64,000 nucleotides of DNA from Candidatus Latescibacterota bacterium (GTDB taxonomy: Bacteria > Latescibacterota > UBA2968 > GCA-2709665), in NCBI GenBank assembly GCA_965208835.1, contig OZ242358.1, forward strand, positions 4,064,001 through 4,128,000, written 5' to 3'. Below the pieces are notes generated by a model. The model saw only the letters and a program-made list of their open reading frames with translations. It searched no databases and was not told where the DNA came from. The translations under genes and the position numbers were made by a program. Shown one piece after another: positions 57,986 to 64,000 of this stretch. The first letter of the stretch is position 1; the number at the start of each line of letters is the position of its first letter.

Positions 57986-59440
57986 CTAACGCCGGATCAA
58001 TCCGGCCAGACGAATTGCCTCAGCGGCGGTCTCTTTCGATAAAAAACGGAAGGCGAGCGGATAGGCAATCGCACCCGCAACAGCGCAGGACGCAATCAAC
58101 GCGAAATCGGGCAGTACGCCAATCACCAGCCACTTGTATCCGGCCACCACCCCTGCCATCAGTGCACTGCTCAACGCGGCGGGATACAATGCCTTGAGGT
58201 ACTCTCCAAATGCAATCCTGGCCAGCCGGTTCACGATGCCCTGCGAGGCCGCGGTCAGGACCAACACACCGAGGCTTGCAGCCGCCGCTGCTCCCGTTAT
58301 CCCCCCGGAGATGCCCAACCAAAGGGCCGCAAGCATAAAGATGGCGCCGGCGACATTCCAGATCAGCGCCAGCCCGGTACGGCCCACGGCGGAAAAGACC
58401 AACCCGGCGGGAGAAGCGATAGCACGAAGCGCTCCGGCCGGACTGAGCAACTGAAGGACAACCGCCGCGGGGGCCATCTTCGGCTCAAACAGCAAGACGA
58501 CGCCTGGATGCGCCAAAAGGAAAAATCCCGCCATAACAGGGAACACAAGCACGGCGACGTATTTCACCGTGGAGAGATAGGCCCGGCCGAGCCGGGCGAC
58601 ATCGTCCTGGAGAGCGGAGAAAGCCGGAAACGTCACCTTTGCTACGGCCTGAACCACGCGGGTCTGTGGAAATGCGATGAGGCGGTACGCCAGTCCGTAG
58701 TAGCCCAGCGCTTCAATCCCAAGGAATCTGCCGATTAGAAGATAGTCCAGGTTCTGCTGGACATAACCCACCATCCTTGAACCCGTCCACTTGCCTCCGA
58801 ACCCGAGCAATACACGGGCGTCCGCAACGCTGATGGAGCGGACAGGGTTGATGGGGCAGAAAAACCAGGGCCCCAAACCCAGAACGGCGTGGCGGACCAC
58901 AAAAGCCCAGACCAGACTCCACACCTCGAATCCCGATAGCGACAGCGACGCCATCGTAATTCCGCTCGAAAACGCCGCACAGACATCCAGGATTGCCAAC
59001 TGTCCGAAACGAAACGTGCGCTCCATCCGGGCCCGGGGAACGGTTCCAATCCCGGTGAATACGAGCACCGAGGCCATTGTCGGGAGAACGGCCGATACCT
59101 GTGGGCCGTCAAAAAAAAGCCCGCCCCAGAAGCGGGCGGTCAGATAGAGGAGGGCGGCCAGCGAACAGGAGATGAACAGTCCCATCCAGAATGCCGCGGC
59201 CAGATGCGCTTCCCGCGCATCCCGCTTCTGAATGAGAGCTCTCCCGAGACCCATTTCCGAGGCCAGTATGCCCAACCCCACAATTGTGGCTGCGGCGACC
59301 TCCGTACCGAAAGCCCGGGACGGTTCGCTCAGATGCCGCACCACCAACCCCAGCGCGCCCACCTGAATCAGATAGCCGGCGCCCTGCGCCAGGCCGGTCC
59401 ACGAGAAACCCCGGACAGTTGTGCGACGCAGGTCGGTCAT
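57986..59440 (-). CDS. wzx: Wzx-type polysaccharide flippase (PST family)
   Basis: RGFSW...EMGLGRALIQK...DYLLIGRFLG.EALGYY.LAY...FPAFS; 12+ TM segments; AGGAG RBS before ATG 59440. Confidence 0.85.
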   Translation of the reverse strand: MTDLRRTTVRGFSWTGLAQGAGYLIQVGALGLVVRHLSEPSRAFGTEVAAATIVGLGILASEMGLGRALIQKRDAREAHLAAAFWMGLFISCSLAALLYLTARFWGGLFFDGPQVSAVLPTMASVLVFTGIGTVPRARMERTFRFGQLAILDVCAAFSSGITMASLSLSGFEVWSLVWAFVVRHAVLGLGPWFFCPINPVRSISVADARVLLGFGGKWTGSRMVGYVQQNLDYLLIGRFLGIEALGYYGLAYRLIAFPQTRVVQAVAKVTFPAFSALQDDVARLGRAYLSTVKYVAVLVFPVMAGFFLLAHPGVVLLFEPKMAPAAVVLQLLSPAGALRAIASPAGLVFSAVGRTGLALIWNVAGAIFMLAALWLGISGGITGAAAAASLGVLVLTAASQGIVNRLARIAFGEYLKALYPAALSSALMAGVVAGYKWLVIGVLPDFALIASCAVAGAIAYPLAFRFLSKETAAEAIRLAGLIRR

Positions 59441-59477
59441 CCGGCCTCTCCTGCAAAGCAACGCCTCCAACAGTCTG

Positions 59478-60494
59478 CTATGCGGTCTCCACGCGGGCCA
59501 ACCGTACGCCGGTCCAAACCGCCGCGGCGATCACACAAGCAAGAATTGTTACGACAATCACGGGCGACACCACAGCCGCAACGATTCCGGACAGGGCCAG
59601 AAGCCCGCCCGCGAGATGAATTCTCCGAACCGCGCCCCTGACGGAATATCCCATCCGGACCAGCCGCTGCGCGACGTGATCACGGCTCGCCTTCATCACG
59701 GGCAAGCCCTTCCTCTTTCTCACGATACACAGGAACACGGCTTCGAAACAGGGCACCCCCAGCACCATAATCGTACAGATTTCACCCTGCACGCCCGGCA
59801 TCGCCCTGGAAATCTCCACCGACATTGCGCCAAGCACAAATCCTGCAAAAAGACTGCCGGCGTCGCCCATATAGACTCGTGCGGGATGGGCGTTGTAAAC
59901 CAGAAAACCCAAAAACCCTCCCGCCAGGCTGGCGCCGAGAATCACAACCGTCGCCGCACCGCCGACCAGACCCAGACCCGCCAGGCCAATAGCGGCTATT
60001 GCGCCGGCGCCCGCGGAAAGACCGTCCATCATATCGAGCACGTTAAACGCGTTGCACATCCAGACCAGCCAGACGCCGGTCAGTACGGCGTCGACGACCG
60101 TACTGCCCGTTGTGTCGAATCGAAGTCCGCTCCCGACCGCAATAACCACCGTGAAGATCTGAAAGCCAAGCTTTTGAAAGGGCGAAAGCGGCCATTTGTC
60201 GTCGACGAATCCGATGGCGCCCATTCCCAGGGCGCCGATCCACAGACCCACCGGAAACGACAGCGGCGCAAAGGGAAGCAGCAATAGGGTGGCGATCGCG
60301 ATGGCCACGCCGCCGATCGGAGGAACCGACTCCGCACCGTTTCCGCCGCCGCAATTCGACCACGAGGCGCGTAGGGCGGCGGCACGAAGAAGCGGTGTCA
60401 ACAACAGAGCGCTTCCGAAACCAAATGCGAGGAAAAGAGCGGATGACAACACGGCGTACTTTCTACTTGAGAGCGGGGTCAGTGCCGGAGTCAC
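59478..60494 (-). CDS. MraY/WecA-family polyprenyl-phosphate HexNAc-1-phosphate transferase
   Basis: GGVAI, GFVDD, NAFNVLDMMDGL, NAHPARVYMGDAGS. Confidence 0.88.
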   Translation of the reverse strand: MTPALTPLSSRKYAVLSSALFLAFGFGSALLLTPLLRAAALRASWSNCGGGNGAESVPPIGGVAIAIATLLLLPFAPLSFPVGLWIGALGMGAIGFVDDKWPLSPFQKLGFQIFTVVIAVGSGLRFDTTGSTVVDAVLTGVWLVWMCNAFNVLDMMDGLSAGAGAIAAIGLAGLGLVGGAATVVILGASLAGGFLGFLVYNAHPARVYMGDAGSLFAGFVLGAMSVEISRAMPGVQGEICTIMVLGVPCFEAVFLCIVRKRKGLPVMKASRDHVAQRLVRMGYSVRGAVRRIHLAGGLLALSGIVAAVVSPVIVVTILACVIAAAVWTGVRLARVETA

Positions 60495-60495
60495 G

Positions 60496-61611
60496 TCAAC
60501 CGGGTTGAAAGCTCCGAACAGCGTCGATAACCTGCGCCACGTCTTTGTCGGTCATGGACGGATAGAGCGGAAGCGTCACCAGATCACGCCACACCGACTC
60601 GGTTACCGGCAGTGCGCAACGATAGGGTTCGTGGATCGGATAGAGATGGTTCGGATAATAATGTACGCTGGAATCGACATCCCGCCCGTGCAGATGGGCC
60701 ACAAGATTGTCTCTGTCCGCCGCGCGAGGCACGTAGGCATGGAAGGCGCTGCGCGCGTATGGCGCAATCAAGGGCGTTTGAAGCCACGCCAGATCGGAAA
60801 ACGCCCTGTTGTATTGCAAGACGATTTCGCGTCGCTGGGCGTTTGCCGACTCGAGCCTCGCCAGCTGGACCAGACCGATTGCCGCATTCAGATCGTTCAT
60901 ATAGAACTTGTGACCCACTTCAGTCACTTCGTACAACCAGCGCTTCTGCTGCGGCCCCGCGGTAAATCGGTCCCAGGTACCCTGCGGGATGCCCATCCAG
61001 CTGAGCCGTTTGAGTCGCTCGGCCAACTGCGCATCGCTGGTGGTCAGCATACCACCATCGCAGGTCGTCAGGTTCTTCTGCGCCTGGAAGCTGAAACACC
61101 CGATCGTGCCCAATCCGCCAACCATCCGGCCCTTGTACCTGGCGCCGCAGGCGTGGGCGGCATCCTCCACAATCGGAATGTCCCGGGACGCGGCGATCTC
61201 CAGAATCGGGTCCACGTCGCACGGATGGCCACTGTGATGAACAACCATTATTGCAGCCGTCTTATCCGAAATCCGCCGTGCCACGCAATCCGGGTCCAGG
61301 TTCAAAGTATCCGGATCGATGTCGCAAAAGACGGGAGTAGCCCCGTTCTGCAGAATGGCATGGTTGGTAGCGACAAAGGTCATGGATGTGGTAATGACCT
61401 CGCGGCCCTCCACGCCCAGCACCTTGAGCGCCAGCAGCAATGCCGACGAACACGAATTCACGCTGACTGCGAATGACGTCCCGATATACTCGGCAAACCG
61501 TTTTTCGAAGGCTGCGGCCTTCGTGCCTGCCCCCACCCAGCCGGACAGCATCACCTCCCGAACCGCCGCTACTTCCTCTTCGTCGAAACAGGCCCGCCAG
61601 ATGGGAATCAT
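60496..61611 (-). CDS. DegT/DnrJ/EryC1/StrS PLP-dependent sugar aminotransferase
   Basis: TFVATNH, EDAAHACG, FSFQAQKNLTTCDGG, LPLYP; GAAGGAG RBS before ATG 61611. Confidence 0.92.
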   Translation of the reverse strand: MIPIWRACFDEEEVAAVREVMLSGWVGAGTKAAAFEKRFAEYIGTSFAVSVNSCSSALLLALKVLGVEGREVITTSMTFVATNHAILQNGATPVFCDIDPDTLNLDPDCVARRISDKTAAIMVVHHSGHPCDVDPILEIAASRDIPIVEDAAHACGARYKGRMVGGLGTIGCFSFQAQKNLTTCDGGMLTTSDAQLAERLKRLSWMGIPQGTWDRFTAGPQQKRWLYEVTEVGHKFYMNDLNAAIGLVQLARLESANAQRREIVLQYNRAFSDLAWLQTPLIAPYARSAFHAYVPRAADRDNLVAHLHGRDVDSSVHYYPNHLYPIHEPYRCALPVTESVWRDLVTLPLYPSMTDKDVAQVIDAVRSFQPG

Positions 61612-62570
61612 GAAATCTCCTTCGAACCCGCGCATCCCAACCTGGATCCGAAGCCGCCGCGACCATCATTGCCCCGGGTCAGGACCCGTCTGTACGCCTT
61701 GAGCCTCGCCCCGGCCTCCTTCCGGAATCCGGGCAACAAAAACAGACCTCCCCAGAGCAGCGTTCTCAAAACCATCTCCGGAAACGTCAGTAAAGCCAAC
61801 AGCCGGCCTGCATGATCTCCCAGGTGTTTTTTCATCACATAGAGATGACTCGCCACGCCCTCCACCAGCATCCGCTCCAGCACCTTCTTCGAACTCTCAC
61901 CACCCGCATGGAATGCGTAAGCCTCCGGCAGATAGGCCACGGACCACCCGGCCCTACCAAGCCTGAGGCAGAGGTCTACGTCTTCATAATACATAAAAAT
62001 AGCGTCGTCCATGCCGCCAACTGCACCGAAAGCGCTGCGACGCATAAGGAAACAGGCACCTGTCACCCAGCCGACCGAAGCCGGCCCACGCGAGACCCGG
62101 CAGCCGAATTTAAGAAATGGAAATACAAGATGCAACAGGAATTTACGGCAGATTTCGCCAGTCAGTCGAGGCGCCCTTCCGCAAGAAAGCTGCGCTCGGC
62201 CTTTCCGATCAACGAGTCGTGGTCCGACAACGCCGACACGGTCATTGGCTTCAAGATAGTCCAGCAGGCGTTCAACCGCATCCGGCGCCACGGTCACATC
62301 CGGATTCAGAACGAGAACATATGGAGCGGCGGATATTTCCACCCCCCGGTTGACGCCACGCCCGAACCCGAAGTTCCCTCCCATCTCAACCAGCCTCACG
62401 CCATCGGCAAAGGTGTCCAGCGCGTCAGGACTTCCATCCGACGATGCGTTGTCCACCACAACCACGTCCAGCTGCAGACGCCCCTCTATTCCCTTGAGGC
62501 ACGCGACGCATCGGAGGAGGTCGTCACCCGCGTTCCAGTTTACGATCACCGCCGTCACCGCCGGTTTCAT
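61608..62570 (-). CDS. Glycosyltransferase family 2 (rhamnosyltransferase-like)
   Basis: VIVNWN, VVDNASSDG, NFGFGRGVN, LNPD, WVTGAC, FMYYEDVDLC. Confidence 0.92.
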   Translation of the reverse strand: MKPAVTAVIVNWNAGDDLLRCVACLKGIEGRLQLDVVVVDNASSDGSPDALDTFADGVRLVEMGGNFGFGRGVNRGVEISAAPYVLVLNPDVTVAPDAVERLLDYLEANDRVGVVGPRLVDRKGRAQLSCGRAPRLTGEICRKFLLHLVFPFLKFGCRVSRGPASVGWVTGACFLMRRSAFGAVGGMDDAIFMYYEDVDLCLRLGRAGWSVAYLPEAYAFHAGGESSKKVLERMLVEGVASHLYVMKKHLGDHAGRLLALLTFPEMVLRTLLWGGLFLLPGFRKEAGARLKAYRRVLTRGNDGRGGFGSRLGCAGSKEIS

Positions 62571-63969
62571 CCGCCTCTCCATCCAAACGGGCCAGAATGC
62601 CGAGAAAACACGCATGCCAGAAAATCAGCCGGTTCCCCATCATCGTATTGTCGGTCATAATATACACCAGCAGCGCCGCGTAGACCGCAAGAAACGCGAC
62701 GCAGAATCCTTTCAGCTGCGAATCGTCGGTACGGCGAAACAGGCCGTAGGCAATTCGCAGACCCCTGACAAACATCCAAAGGAAGGCGATTACGCCCAGA
62801 AATCCCATACGCATCATGATCGTGAGATAGGTATTGTCTACGCCTCCGGAGGTAAAGACGTAGGGACGGGAGTACTCGTCGACCCTCAGATAGGAAATCG
62901 TGGTTCCGTGTCCTCCACCCAGTACCGGCCTCTGCCAGATCTTCTCCAGGGCCAGAGCGTAGGCCAGCAGACGCCCCTGAATCTCCAGGTCGCCCTCAGC
63001 TACGGTGCGCCGCAACCGATGAGCCGCCATATCCTCGACGCCCGCGCCGGTGAACTGCTGGAAATAGTAGCCCAGGCCCAGCAGTAAAACGGGAATAAGC
63101 ATCAATATCAGAAGCCGTCGTCCTCTATGCCTCCCGCGGTCCAGCAGGACCAGACCGCCCACGCAGAAGAGTCCGAACAACAGACTTCCCCACATCGCGC
63201 GTCCCATCGTGACCACCAGCGCAAGACCGATGGGAACCAGAAGAAATCCGCCCAACATGCGCCGAACCGGCGACGTTTCGTACAGGAAGGCCGCCGCAAG
63301 GACCAGAACACCCATCGGCAGCAGCAGCCCCTCACGCCTGGCCACCCTGTGGAAGGCTCCGGCATACGAGAGATCGACCGTGCGTACGAATTCGATCAGG
63401 TACTCTACCCCCACGACGGCCGCTGAGATTACCAGCACGGCCAGAAACATCCCGCGCCTGCGGAGATCGAAAAACCCTGTTACGACGAAAAACAACACGT
63501 AGTAGAGCGGATACCGTACGTCCCTCATCACCTGCCGAACGTCCTGCCCGTAAAACAGACCCAGCCCGATCGATGCCATTACCAGACCAAGAAAAACCAG
63601 CATCGGACGGTCCAGCCGGGTGCGACGCCAGCCCAGCCTGCGTTCCTGCAACCAGGTGACAAACGCCACTCCCCACACCACCAGAAACAGCGCCTCGCAG
63701 AAGTGCAGGTTTCCGGGCAGCATCAGATGGTCTTCGTAAAACTCGGACGATATCACTGAGGCGATAAAGCACAGATACAAGAGCGCCGAGGTTACAGACG
63801 TAAAGAGGGCAATACCGGAAACCACGATCAGGCTCACCGTGATTACCGGAATGACCTCGCCGAAACGCCAGACGGGCAGCGATATCAGCGCGAGTTGCGC
63901 GAGGCATACGGCCGGGATCAGCCACCGTTCGTGCATCCCCGCGGTCAATCCGCCCGTTTCCGTCGCCAT
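62524..63969 (-). CDS. O-antigen ligase / Wzy polymerase family membrane protein
   Basis: About 12 TM segments; TMGRAMW, RPVLGGGHG, DNTYL...GFLG motifs typical of Wzy_C/WaaL. Confidence 0.8.
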   Translation of the reverse strand: MATETGGLTAGMHERWLIPAVCLAQLALISLPVWRFGEVIPVITVSLIVVSGIALFTSVTSALLYLCFIASVISSEFYEDHLMLPGNLHFCEALFLVVWGVAFVTWLQERRLGWRRTRLDRPMLVFLGLVMASIGLGLFYGQDVRQVMRDVRYPLYYVLFFVVTGFFDLRRRGMFLAVLVISAAVVGVEYLIEFVRTVDLSYAGAFHRVARREGLLLPMGVLVLAAAFLYETSPVRRMLGGFLLVPIGLALVVTMGRAMWGSLLFGLFCVGGLVLLDRGRHRGRRLLILMLIPVLLLGLGYYFQQFTGAGVEDMAAHRLRRTVAEGDLEIQGRLLAYALALEKIWQRPVLGGGHGTTISYLRVDEYSRPYVFTSGGVDNTYLTIMMRMGFLGVIAFLWMFVRGLRIAYGLFRRTDDSQLKGFCVAFLAVYAALLVYIMTDNTMMGNRLIFWHACFLGILARLDGEADETGGDGGDRKLERG

Positions 63970-64000
63970 CGGTCCCCTTCCCGCTCAGAAGCTTTTTGAA

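Noticed and set aside
63985-64000. Probable 3' end of an upstream minus-strand gene
   Set aside because: Only about five codons are visible; it cannot be identified.

Overview
High-GC bacterial DNA, almost entirely coded on the minus strand. The gene content (EF-hand dockerin tails, FlgD-Ig/T9SS-like C-terminal domains, many eukaryote-like repeats) resembles FCB-superphylum bacteria such as Latescibacterota/Gemmatimonadota from marine invertebrate hosts; this taxonomy is inference only. Left end: enolase (partial), a TPR lipoprotein behind a perfect sigma70 promoter, an Nramp-type transporter and an outer-membrane barrel. From about 4.3 to 41.3 kb lies a large array of secreted mosaic proteins. 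Ten carry a duplicated Ca-binding dockerin-like module, in two sequence classes, fused to WD40, LRR, YWTD, GLUG, FN3, cadherin, CARDB, a 5x47-aa GIWSDG propeller and zinc metallopeptidase domains, with no recognisable glycoside hydrolase. Three genes carry cohesin-like domains: Coh-Coh-Doc, Coh-Doc, and Coh plus FlgD-Ig CTD. This suggests a hierarchical, non-cellulolytic, cellulosome-like surface display complex, which is the main candidate novel system. Upstream are two duplicated AraC regulators with Glu in place of the phospho-acceptor Asp, a PorU/gingipain-like C25 protease, and a surface-glycan cluster (GTs, sulfotransferase, Wzx, WecA-like, DegT, Wzy/WaaL). Four MITE families sit in intergenic gaps. 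No rRNA, tRNA, CRISPR array or transposase was seen. All domain calls come from motifs read by eye, not from database searches.
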